Assembly (NCBI GenBank): GCA_028717565.1
Contig: JAQUNP010000001.1
Span: forward strand, 26,736-90,735
Length of the DNA stretch: 64,000 bases
Reading direction: 5' to 3'
Origin: Patescibacteria group bacterium
GTDB lineage: Bacteria > Patescibacteriota > Kazan-3B-28
A model generated the notes under the pieces. That model ran no database searches. It saw only the letters and a program-made list of their open reading frames with translations, and was not told the DNA's origin. Positions 16,436 to 24,821 of the stretch are shown one piece after another (position 1 is the stretch's first letter; every line of letters starts with the position of its first letter). Both the position numbers and the translations under genes were made by a program.

Positions 16436-16697
16436 TCCATACTTCCCGGCACACCTTGGTTCAAGGCCACCCCATCTTAATAGGGGTGGCCTGTCTTGAC
16501 AATTTTGCCCAAAAGTATTACGCTCTGGGGGCTGATTTTTCGGCGCATTATAGGTGAACGCCTTGCTCTCTTCCTATCTCGACCGAGTTGTCTGGAATAG
16601 GGGCTTGTGGGTCTTTAAGACCTGGAGGCCCTCCTGCCACGTAGTGGCTCCGGGCCGGAGGGGGTATGGGCGTTTTTGTGTATATGTAATAGATAAT

Positions 16698-19600
16698 ATG
16701 GGACCAAGAAACAAAGTTATCAGTTTTATCTTCAACAACATCCAGATTGTGGCACTGTTGTTCGTCTTTTTAGTGGTAGCAGGAGCTGCGGCCTTTTTCA
16801 ATCTACGCAGAGAGGGCTTTCCAGATATTCCAGTTAATGTAGCCATTGTATCCGTAACCTACCCTGGAGCTAGCGCTTTGCAGGTAGAAGATCAGGTGTT
16901 AAAACCTTTAGAGAACGGTCTCGACGGGGTTGATAGCATTGAGGAATACGAGACAGTGGCTAATAACTCTTTTGCTGTAGGTATTGTAACCTTAGATGCA
17001 AAAGCCGATTTAGATAAGGCCATCGACGACATCAATATCGCCATGGATTCGGTGAAATTACCGGAAGACGCTGGAGATATCAACGTAAGCAAGATTTCCA
17101 CTGGTAGTAGCGATTTCTTTATTGGTCTAACTGGTATTGAAAATGATTGGGAATTGTACCACCAAGGTAAAAAATTGGTAGAGCAAATCGAAACAACGGA
17201 TGGTATAAAATCAGCCGTTATCACCAACCCCATTACGCCACGTGTAGTTATAGAGTTTGACCAAAACAAACTCCAACAAACTGGCATAACGCGTGACCAA
17301 GTAGAAAGTATTTTAAAAGCCGCTCAATTAGATGTGCCGGCCGGCTCGTTCTATGACGAAGATGAATCTAGAGTCAATGTGGGCTTGAGTAAACAGATTT
17401 CCTCGCCTTATGAAGTAGCTGGGATCAAAATCACTCCCGACCTGACCATCGACGACTTAGCCACGGTGTGGGTGGATTTGGATAACAATGATTACTTCAA
17501 TCGCATTGGGTATCGCCCAGATGGCAACAATGATGAAGACATCTTGGTGGAGCGATCTTTGTTAATCTCGGTAACAGTTCAAGATGATGCCGACCTAATT
17601 AAAACTGCTGCCAATCTGGACGAAACCTATGATGAGTTCTTGAAGGATCTACCCAAAGAAGTTGAAATTATCAACTTATTTAGCCAGGCCGATTTCACCC
17701 AGCAACAGCTCGACCAAATCTATGCCGGAGTGTTCGGCCGATATATCGACTCGTTAGGCCCAGCCGGTGTGATTGGCTATCTGTTTGGTGGCGTAATCTT
17801 GGTGACATTGCTGCTCTTAATATTCATCAACTTCCGGGTGGCACTAATGGCAGCGCTCTCGATTCCACTCGCTTTGGGTGCCACGTCTATCTGGCTGGTC
17901 TTAAGCGGTGTGGCCTTAAACACTTTGGTACTTTTCTCGATGATACTGGTGATTGGTTTGGTCGTAGACCCAACCATTGTGTTCTTGGAGTCGGTCCAAC
18001 GACACATTGAGCAGGGTTACAGCGGACGCGAAGCCGCAGCCAAAACTTTCAACACGGTTGGTTGGGGTGTGGCCTTGGCGGTAATTACCAACTTTTTGGT
18101 CTTTATCCCGTTTGGGATTATTTCCGGTTTCTTTGGAGAGATCATCAAGTTTATTCCGCTAACAGTTGTGCCGGCAATTATCTCGTCATTTATTATCCCG
18201 ATGCTTTTCTTCTTGCCGATTGGTGCTAAGTTTTTCAAACGCAGTCGGCATTTGTCTAACACGAAGGTTTCGGAGCTAACTGGTACTTGGAATATCTCCA
18301 AATGGATCGGCAGACGTGTATACACTCTGCTGTCTCCCACCATGGGCATGAAGGTACTGCGAGTTTTTATTGTGGTCGTGGCTTCTATACTACCCTTGGT
18401 CGTCACGGCTGGCATTATGAGTTCAGGAGCGGTAAAGGTGGTTCAGTTCGCCAGCGATGAAGAACCTATGTATATTGATATCCTCGGTGAGATTGATAGC
18501 AGTTGGTCATTTGAGAAATCTGTTACCGAGGTAGCTATCCCGGTGCAAGATATTTTGCGTCAACAGCCAGAAATCTCTAACTTTGGCTACTTCTACGATG
18601 AATCTATGTTGTTACTGCAACAGGGCGGCAACTCCTTTACCATCTTCGCTAATCTTATCCCGGCGGAGGAACGCGACGAGGATATGCGCACGGGCCAAGA
18701 GCTGATTGATGATCTAAACAATTATTTCGCCAAGCTCAAGGGCGCCAAGATAGAAGCAATGGCCGAGGGGGCCGGACCACCAGAGGATAGATACCCAGTA
18801 CGGGTACAGATTTTTGATAGCGATCAAACAAAGCTGGAAGAAATCGGTGCAGATGTAGCCGAATGGTTGAACGATCAGGACGATGTTAAAGAAGTGGTCA
18901 ACAGCTTAGATAGCGAAGCTAAGAGTGGCAATATTTCTTTTGTTTTGGCACAGGATAACCTGGCCAATCAGAATCCGTTCATGGCTATGGCGGCCATTCA
19001 AAATCGCCTAAGCGAACGTGATATTACCGAAGTCACAATTGGCAGCGAAACATTTAGCATCCAATCGCGCCTGTTGCCAGAACTAACCAACCTAGACCAA
19101 GTTCAAGATATCCCAGTGATCGTGACACCTCGTGGTGAAGTTAAAATCCGTGATTTAGTAGAAAACACTATCGTGGCACAAGATCTGGCTGTCCAGCGTG
19201 TAAATGGCAGACGCTACGTAGATATCAAAGCACAAATCGAAGATGATGCCGACCCACTGGCTTTGCAGACCGAATTACTCGATTGGCTGAAGAACGAGAA
19301 ACTGGATGAGTATGATCTAACCGAAGACGACTTAGCATCACGTGGAGATTTAGAATCTATCGACCAGTCCTTCACCGATTTGTTTGTTACCCTGATAGTC
19401 GCTATCTTTATGATCTACGTTTTGCTGGTGGCCTTCTTCCGCTCCCTGTTGGCGCCGATTATCATATTGTTTGCCATTCCGCTAGGCCTTATCGGTGTGA
19501 TGCCAGCTATACTGCTGACCACTGCGCAGCTCGGATTTTTGGAGCTTTTGGGCGTGGTAGTAATGGCCGGCATTGTGGTGAATGTGACAATTCTTTTGAT

Positions 19601-19895
19601 TGACTTTGCCAACCAGATGCGCAAAGAGGGCTACACCTTGAGAGAGGCCATGGCTACGGCCACAGCCGTAAGATTTAGACCCATCTTTTTGACGCAGGCC
19701 ACCGCCTTTGGCAGCTTAATACCTTTGGCGGTCTATGCGCCTTTCTGGCGTGGCATGGCGAGCGTGATTGTGGCTGGTATTATCTTTTCAGCTCTGTTAT
19801 CACTGGTAACAACTCCTATCCTCTATCTGTGGACTGAAAGCGTGTTGGCTTGGTTTTCACGTTGGGGCAAGCGACTAATGGGTAATGGATTCTAG
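16698..19895 (+). CDS. RND-family efflux transporter permease (AcrB/HAE-like)
   Basis: ~1065 aa with 12-TM RND topology and two large loops. The ORF-track GTG start at 16554 was replaced by the ATG at 16698 (MGPRNKVISFIF...). Confidence 0.88.
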   Translation: MGPRNKVISFIFNNIQIVALLFVFLVVAGAAAFFNLRREGFPDIPVNVAIVSVTYPGASALQVEDQVLKPLENGLDGVDSIEEYETVANNSFAVGIVTLDAKADLDKAIDDINIAMDSVKLPEDAGDINVSKISTGSSDFFIGLTGIENDWELYHQGKKLVEQIETTDGIKSAVITNPITPRVVIEFDQNKLQQTGITRDQVESILKAAQLDVPAGSFYDEDESRVNVGLSKQISSPYEVAGIKITPDLTIDDLATVWVDLDNNDYFNRIGYRPDGNNDEDILVERSLLISVTVQDDADLIKTAANLDETYDEFLKDLPKEVEIINLFSQADFTQQQLDQIYAGVFGRYIDSLGPAGVIGYLFGGVILVTLLLLIFINFRVALMAALSIPLALGATSIWLVLSGVALNTLVLFSMILVIGLVVDPTIVFLESVQRHIEQGYSGREAAAKTFNTVGWGVALAVITNFLVFIPFGIISGFFGEIIKFIPLTVVPAIISSFIIPMLFFLPIGAKFFKRSRHLSNTKVSELTGTWNISKWIGRRVYTLLSPTMGMKVLRVFIVVVASILPLVVTAGIMSSGAVKVVQFASDEEPMYIDILGEIDSSWSFEKSVTEVAIPVQDILRQQPEISNFGYFYDESMLLLQQGGNSFTIFANLIPAEERDEDMRTGQELIDDLNNYFAKLKGAKIEAMAEGAGPPEDRYPVRVQIFDSDQTKLEEIGADVAEWLNDQDDVKEVVNSLDSEAKSGNISFVLAQDNLANQNPFMAMAAIQNRLSERDITEVTIGSETFSIQSRLLPELTNLDQVQDIPVIVTPRGEVKIRDLVENTIVAQDLAVQRVNGRRYVDIKAQIEDDADPLALQTELLDWLKNEKLDEYDLTEDDLASRGDLESIDQSFTDLFVTLIVAIFMIYVLLVAFFRSLLAPIIILFAIPLGLIGVMPAILLTTAQLGFLELLGVVVMAGIVVNVTILLIDFANQMRKEGYTLREAMATATAVRFRPIFLTQATAFGSLIPLAVYAPFWRGMASVIVAGIIFSALLSLVTTPILYLWTESVLAWFSRWGKRLMGNGF

Positions 19896-19926
19896 ACCAA
19901 ACTCATCGCTCGGTTAATATTGATAC

Positions 19927-19957
19927 AAAAACCCTCCTGTAATCAGGAGGGTTTTTA
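19927..19957. terminator. bidirectional intrinsic terminator
   Basis: AAAAACCCTCCTG-TAAT-CAGGAGGGTTTTT lies between convergent genes. Confidence 0.75.
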
Positions 19958-19976
19958 GTTCTCGAGTTAGGTGGGT

Positions 19977-20174
19977 TTACTTCTTCTTCAAAATTGGCAA
20001 ACCTGTCCTGGCACTTTCAATAACCTTACGATCGGCTGGAAGCGCATCCAGGGCACCTGGTTTAATCTCCTTAGCAAAGTAATAAATCATCTGTTTGCGT
20101 CCACCCTTTAAGGTGACTTCTTTGCCGTGCAAGTAGTATGTATTCCCCTTGCTATTAGTGTGACTAAATGCCAT
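19977..20174 (-). CDS. hypothetical small basic protein
   Basis: 65-aa ORF (KGGRKQMIYYFAKE...). No function recognised. Confidence 0.5.
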   Translation of the reverse strand: MAFSHTNSKGNTYYLHGKEVTLKGGRKQMIYYFAKEIKPGALDALPADRKVIESARTGLPILKKK

Positions 20175-20244
20175 AACACTCCTAAAGTTAAGCCAATATA
20201 TTGATACTTCTATTTTATAGGAGAACCTAATCTGTTGTCCAGAT

Positions 20245-20575
20245 ATAAAAAGAGAAGGCCTCGGGGGGGAACCCCGAGGCCGGGACGAGTAAACAGGAAC
20301 GAAGGTTGGTTAGACCCTCAAGAGATAATCCATATAGGCGCCTCCAGCTGAAAGAGCGATGGTGATGTCGTCTTTACGCTGACCAGCTCGAGATAGGGTG
20401 GATTTTCGTCTGTGTTGACGAACCTATCTTCAGGGGCGGTCGACCCTAGCCGCTGGACCACCCCCTAGGGGCTGGCTGCCCAAAGCAGCTGGATACATTT
20501 CTGGTCATGGTCATCACCTTACCTTTGCCCCAAGGGCTTGATGTTTACGTGCACTTCCCGTCTTGTCAGGAATGC
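20245..20575 (-). ncRNA. candidate ~330-nt GC-rich RNA or long peroxiredoxin 3' UTR
   Basis: Extended -10 box TGTTATAAT (reverse complement of 20582-20590) lies right after the peroxiredoxin stop. Strong terminator GGCCTCGGGG/CCCCGAGGCC (20257-20281) has a U-tail on minus. Only ~22-aa ORFs are present. Confidence 0.3.
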
Positions 20576-20604
20576 ACCTGTATTATAACAATTTTTAGGG
20601 CTCT

Positions 20605-21117
20605 CTAGTTCAGGGTTTTTTCGCCCGGAGCCCACTCGGCTGGACAGAGCTTTCCGGTCTGGAGAGCCGCCAGTGACCGCAGTATTTCGTCCACATTGCG
20701 GCCAACATCATCGGAGGACACATTCAACCAGCGGATTTTACCTTCCGGATCAATAATAAAAGTAGCGCGCATAGCAAAGCCACCCTCTTCGTCTAGCACA
20801 CCAAACTGGTGAGAGATGCGCTTCTGAAAATCTGACAACAAAGGAAAATTCAACTCGCCCATCTCCTTTGACCAACTCCGGTGTGAATAGACACTATCTA
20901 CTGAAATACCGAAAACTTCAGCGCCTAGACGCTTGAAATCATCATATTGTTTACTTAGAGCTTTGACTTCTGTCGGACAAACAAAGGTGAAGTCGAGCGG
21001 ATAGAAGAAAAGTACCACCCATTTGTTTTTGTAGTTGGCAAGCTTGAAGGTTTTGATTTCGTCTTTGATGTAACCTTCTAGCACAAACTCCGGGGCCTTG
21101 TCATTGATCGATAACAT
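20605..21117 (-). CDS. typical 2-Cys peroxiredoxin (AhpC/Tsa family)
   Basis: FYPLDFTFVCPTE peroxidatic Cys and C-terminal resolving Cys (KLCPAEW). Start moved to the ATG at 21117, preceded by AAGGAGGGAG. Confidence 0.9.
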   Translation of the reverse strand: MLSINDKAPEFVLEGYIKDEIKTFKLANYKNKWVVLFFYPLDFTFVCPTEVKALSKQYDDFKRLGAEVFGISVDSVYSHRSWSKEMGELNFPLLSDFQKRISHQFGVLDEEGGFAMRATFIIDPEGKIRWLNVSSDDVGRNVDEILRSLAALQTGKLCPAEWAPGEKTLN

Positions 21118-21218
21118 ATCTCCCTCCTTGAGATGGTTACTAGTAGATTGATTGGTATAAGGCATTATAACAGAGTTCCACCCCCGGCCCGAAGGCCGGG
21201 GGCTGTTTGAGGTTTGTG

Positions 21219-21422
21219 TTACCTGCCGATTCGTCCATTGCCGCCGTGCCGGTGACAGCGGATGGCCTTAGCCGGCCCATAGATCCGGTGAGGCGTTATC
21301 GTTTTCCGCCTCCGATCGCGGCGCGGCTGGTCCTCCGCCGTCGCATTGCCGTTAGGCAAGTTGAGGGCAAAAGTGCCATTAGTGGGCATCAGGATGGACG
21401 TCGCGGTTTCATCAGGTCTCAT
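21219..21422 (-). CDS. hypothetical small GC-rich protein (67 aa)
   Basis: GGAGGT plus 4 nt precedes the ATG. Followed by hairpin CCCCCGGCC-CGAA-GGCCGGGGG (21181-21202). Confidence 0.4.
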   Translation of the reverse strand: MRPDETATSILMPTNGTFALNLPNGNATAEDQPRRDRRRKTITPHRIYGPAKAIRCHRHGGNGRIGR

Positions 21423-21619
21423 ACTAACCTCCGATTAGTGTACACTGCTGAACCCCTACGAGTAGTTCAGTGATTTTAGTTTAGAGTGGCACCGCAAAAA
21501 AGTCAATGTGGCATTGACGTTTTCCGATTTTACACCTAGAATAAAACCCTCCCTATGGGAGATCCTTGTACCCATCATTATCGTGTATCGTTACTCCCTA
21601 CTGCCAACAAGGAGACGAG

Positions 21620-21943
21620 ATGAACATTTATGACAGAATCCGTGAGGAAGGTCGGAGCCCTGCTAAGAGTGTACCGGTTTCCCGGAGTCCGAAAACGGCT
21701 CGGCCTGTGGAATTTTACAGGGGACAGCAGTTTCAGCACATTCGGGATTGGCAGGACTATGTCCGCACCAACCCCGAACTGCAAGGGTTCGGATCTATCA
21801 CCGCTGTGACCAGTAGTGATAATCCTCGGGTCCGGCAGTTCGGTGAGGCCTTGCGGGACTTCCTGCACAAGCGGGAAGGCCTTTCGGGGCGAACGGACCT
21901 GCGGAAGTACCGTGAAGCAGTCCGCTCCGTACTGGACGCCTGA
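21620..21943 (+). CDS. hypothetical GC-rich protein (107 aa)
   Basis: AAGGAGA plus 4 nt precedes the ATG at 21620 (the track start at 21566 was trimmed). Strong terminator downstream. Confidence 0.5.
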   Translation: MNIYDRIREEGRSPAKSVPVSRSPKTARPVEFYRGQQFQHIRDWQDYVRTNPELQGFGSITAVTSSDNPRVRQFGEALRDFLHKREGLSGRTDLRKYREAVRSVLDA

Positions 21944-21971
21944 ACCCTCTACCCGGTACGACGCAATGATA

Positions 21972-22004
21972 CCCCGCGCACAATGTGCGCGGGGGTTGTT
22001 TTGT
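21972..22004 (+). terminator. intrinsic terminator
   Basis: CCCCGCGCAC-AAT-GTGCGCGGGG followed by GTTGTTTTGT. Confidence 0.7.
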
Positions 22005-22129
22005 AGTTTGGCTGGCCACCTCGAGCTCGAACTTTTGAAAAGACAAACCCAGATAGCTATATTTTAGCCAGTTTTATAATACCTTATAGACCCGTCTCGA
22101 GCATCATTCTATTTTCACTATCCACCATA

Positions 22130-22963
22130 ATGTATACTCAATACATGGATTTACCACCAATGATTTCTTATGCACAAAATGCTGAAGATGTAATCTTACG
22201 TAGAGCATTTCCTCGAAAGAAGGGGTTTTATGTTGATATCGGAGCCGGAGATCCTATTAAAGATTCGGTAACGAAGCATTTTTACAATCTAGGGTGGCGG
22301 GGTATCAATATCGAACCTCAACCAAATCTATTTAAAAGTCTAATCGAAGACAGGCCAAAAGATACTAATCTCGACTGCGCTGTAACTAAAAAGCCAGGAA
22401 AAATAAATCTAGTACTTGTTCCAGATCAGTGGGGGTTAGCCACTATCGATAAAAATACTGAACGAACTCTGAAATCGAAAAAGTATAAAACTGAAATTTT
22501 AGCAGTTGATGGCTTTACTTTAACTGAAATACTGCAAACCTATGCCAAGCGAAGGACTATTGATTTTCTGAAGATAGATGTCGAGGGGGCGGAAAAGGAT
22601 GTTCTGCAATCTCTAGATTTTAATCAATGGCGACCCACGGTAATTGTTATTGAGGCAACCTACCCAGAAACCCAAAAACCCAGTCATCACCAATGGGAAT
22701 CAATCTTAACAACAGCGAACTATAAGTGTGCATTGTTTGATGGATTGAATAGATATTATTGTCTGGCAAACAACAAAAAGTTATTAAAACTATTATCAAC
22801 CCCCGCCAATTCATTTGATCGATATGTACCTTATAGGTGGCTTACTTTAATCCCTAATAAGATTCAAGACAAAATCATAGCAGAACGGAAAGCTCGTGGC
22901 GATAATGTCGAAATCTTAGAGCAATACAAAAAACAAAGAGAGTCCATGTCTCGAGCAGAATAA
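22130..22963 (+). CDS. FkbM-family methyltransferase
   Basis: YAQNAEDVIL...GFYVDIGAGDP...IDFLKIDVEGAE pattern typical of FkbM-type SAM methyltransferases. AT-rich relative to its flanks. Confidence 0.8.
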   Translation: MYTQYMDLPPMISYAQNAEDVILRRAFPRKKGFYVDIGAGDPIKDSVTKHFYNLGWRGINIEPQPNLFKSLIEDRPKDTNLDCAVTKKPGKINLVLVPDQWGLATIDKNTERTLKSKKYKTEILAVDGFTLTEILQTYAKRRTIDFLKIDVEGAEKDVLQSLDFNQWRPTVIVIEATYPETQKPSHHQWESILTTANYKCALFDGLNRYYCLANNKKLLKLLSTPANSFDRYVPYRWLTLIPNKIQDKIIAERKARGDNVEILEQYKKQRESMSRAE

Positions 22964-22973
22964 CCTATCACGA

Positions 22974-22990
22974 TTTGGCTGGGACGGAAG
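22974..22990. repeat. 17-nt duplicate of the tRNA-Gln 3' end (TTTGGCTGGGACGGAAG)
   Basis: Exact match to 23140-23156. The sequence diverges completely after it. Confidence 0.8.
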
Positions 22991-23116
22991 CTAAGGTTTC
23001 CCACATCTACGATGCGGGTCCCTCCACTCGTCCCGGTTCCACCGGGACATCGTATACGAACACACTGGCTATAAGCCAGAGGTTCAAATCCATTATACTC
23101 CTACAAAAAGAAAAAG

Positions 23117-23132
23117 CAGGGACACATCCCTG
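23117..23132. terminator. bidirectional terminator hairpin CAGGGA-CACA-TCCCTG flanked by A/T runs
   Basis: AAAAAGAAAAAG upstream and TTTTTCTTTT downstream, read directly. Confidence 0.65.
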
Positions 23133-23141
23133 TTTTTCTTT

Positions 23142-23215
23142 TGGCTGGGACGGAAGGATTCGAACCTTCGATCATAGGACCAGAACCTATTGCCTTGCCA
23201 CTTGGCTACGTCCCA
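23142..23215 (-). tRNA. tRNA-Gln (anticodon CUG), CCA encoded
   Basis: Hand-folded: acceptor UGGGACG/CGUCCCA, anticodon stem AUAGG/CCUAU with loop UUCUGGU, and T arm GAAGG-UUCGAAU-CCUUC. Confidence 0.9.
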
Positions 23216-23369
23216 TCGTGCGCGGAATCAATCAGCTCGCTTAAAATATACGAAAAATAGGGGAGTCGGCAAGAGGAAATAGGAAATATCCATACTCCAC
23301 ATGAGGCCACATCGGAATGTCTCATTTTTTAAATTCGGTGGGGGAGTGGGGGACTTCCCTGCCGGATTT

Positions 23370-23681
23370 TTAAAAAATGTAAATCATAATAGCACTCAAA
23401 AGACCCAACCAAACTAGGGTCAGGATAATCAGACCGATCGCTCTACCCCACTGATTATTAAAAACCAAGTAAATTGGATACCCTAGCACTGCACCGGCCG
23501 AAAGCACGGCCACAATCATAAAGATAATGGGCACAATAAGAAAGCCGTAAGCGCCATTATTGGCGCTGATATCTGCTAGCTTTTCCATATTGGTCATCAG
23601 TAACCCCCACAACCAGACAATGGCTCCTGCAACAGCGGCTTGGACCAATGAGATACCAATAAATTGTCCTATGCGCTTCAT
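23370..23681 (-). CDS. hypothetical membrane protein (3-4 TM)
   Basis: 103-aa, strongly hydrophobic ORF. Confidence 0.55.
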   Translation of the reverse strand: MKRIGQFIGISLVQAAVAGAIVWLWGLLMTNMEKLADISANNGAYGFLIVPIIFMIVAVLSAGAVLGYPIYLVFNNQWGRAIGLIILTLVWLGLLSAIMIYIF

Positions 23682-23690
23682 TCGTCCTCC

Positions 23691-24821
23691 TTATTTAAAA
23701 AGTTGAGTGTATATTTTTTCGGTAGCTCTTATCATTTTGTCAGCGGCAAACTGATTAACGGTCTTGTCATGGTTCTGGGTTAGCTTTTTCATCAATTTTT
23801 TATCGTTTAATAAGCGCATCATGGCTCCAGCCAGTCCTTTGGCGTCTTTAGGTTCTACCAAGATGCCATTGTGGTTGTGAGTAATGATTTCTGGAATTCC
23901 TCCTGCCTTAGTGGCGACAATCGGTATACCGGCCTTCATCGCTTCCAACAAGGTGATACCAAAGGCCTCTGACAGAGATGGTAAAACAAAGAGAGTAAAA
24001 CTTTTTAGAGCTGGTAAAACGTTTTTTAAAACCCCAGTGAAAACTATTCTTTCTTCTATTCCCAATCGCTTGGCTTGTTTTTCCAAGCGACGGCGAAGAT
24101 GTCCCCTGCCCACCAGCACTAGCTTGATAGTTGGCGATTTCTTAAGCATTTTAGCGATGGCCTCGATTAAGGTTTTGGTATCTTTTTGTTCATTAAAAGA
24201 GCCGATTGTGCCAATCACGATATCTTTTTTAGTCAGGCCATGCTCTTGTTTGAAAGCGTCAATCTCGTTCTCCCCCACTTTCTTTTTCAGGGGCACGATA
24301 CCGTTATAGACCACCGAGGTTTTGGTCTCTTTGGACAGCCCATTTTTTACCAAAAATTCTTTGACCGCCTTGCTAACAGCAATGGTATGGTCAGTGAACT
24401 GGCTAAGCACTTTCATCGCCCGCAAATGGCCAACATGCAACAGCGGGTTATGCAAACGAAACTCCTTGGTGTAGGTATGTTCAGTATGAACAATCTTTAT
24501 GGGCAAATCCCTAGCAGCTAGTCGACCAACTAAACCAGCTCTCTGTCCGTGAGTATGCACCACATCCGGATCATACTTTTTTAGCAGCTTTTTGATGGCG
24601 TTCACAGCCGGAATGTACGAGCGACCGGACATCGGTACTTGAAATACGGGAACTTTTCTTTTTTTCAGTTCATCCAGTAAGGGCCCTGGTGGAGCAATGA
24701 CGGTGGGGATGAATTTCACCCGATCGATACCCGACATTAAGGTCAATAAATGCCGCGGCGCACCGGTTAAGGAGCTATCGGCGATTATTTCAAACACAGA
24801 AATTCGTGATTTGCTAGACAT
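23691..24821 (-). CDS. glycosyltransferase family 4 (GT-B)
   Basis: C-terminal PSLSEAFGITLLEAMKAGIPIVAT motif typical of GT4. Confidence 0.85.
   Translation of the reverse strand: MSSKSRISVFEIIADSSLTGAPRHLLTLMSGIDRVKFIPTVIAPPGPLLDELKKRKVPVFQVPMSGRSYIPAVNAIKKLLKKYDPDVVHTHGQRAGLVGRLAARDLPIKIVHTEHTYTKEFRLHNPLLHVGHLRAMKVLSQFTDHTIAVSKAVKEFLVKNGLSKETKTSVVYNGIVPLKKKVGENEIDAFKQEHGLTKKDIVIGTIGSFNEQKDTKTLIEAIAKMLKKSPTIKLVLVGRGHLRRRLEKQAKRLGIEERIVFTGVLKNVLPALKSFTLFVLPSLSEAFGITLLEAMKAGIPIVATKAGGIPEIITHNHNGILVEPKDAKGLAGAMMRLLNDKKLMKKLTQNHDKTVNQFAADKMIRATEKIYTQLFK

Noticed and set aside
16554-16697. 48-codon N-terminal extension of the RND transporter from a GTG start.
   Set aside because: The extension is Arg/Gly/Trp-rich and non-protein-like and overlaps a structured GC-rich leader. 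The ATG at 16698 gives a normal RND N-terminus.
21207-22067. ORFs 21207-21473(+), 21578-21868(-), 21798-22046(-) and 21816-22067(+).
   Set aside because: These are alternative or antisense frames of the two RBS-supported GC-rich genes. They lack an RBS and cross the terminators.
22991-23100. Second tRNA or pseudo-tRNA, suggested by GGTTCAAATCC and the shared acceptor 3' end.
   Set aside because: No cloverleaf can be drawn. The T-stem pairs poorly, and no matching 5' acceptor, D arm or anticodon arm is present on either strand. It is treated as an att-bounded remnant instead.
22975-23244. 89-aa plus-strand ORF.
   Set aside because: It runs through the att remnant, the terminator and the antisense of tRNA-Gln. 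It has a TTG-type start and no RBS.
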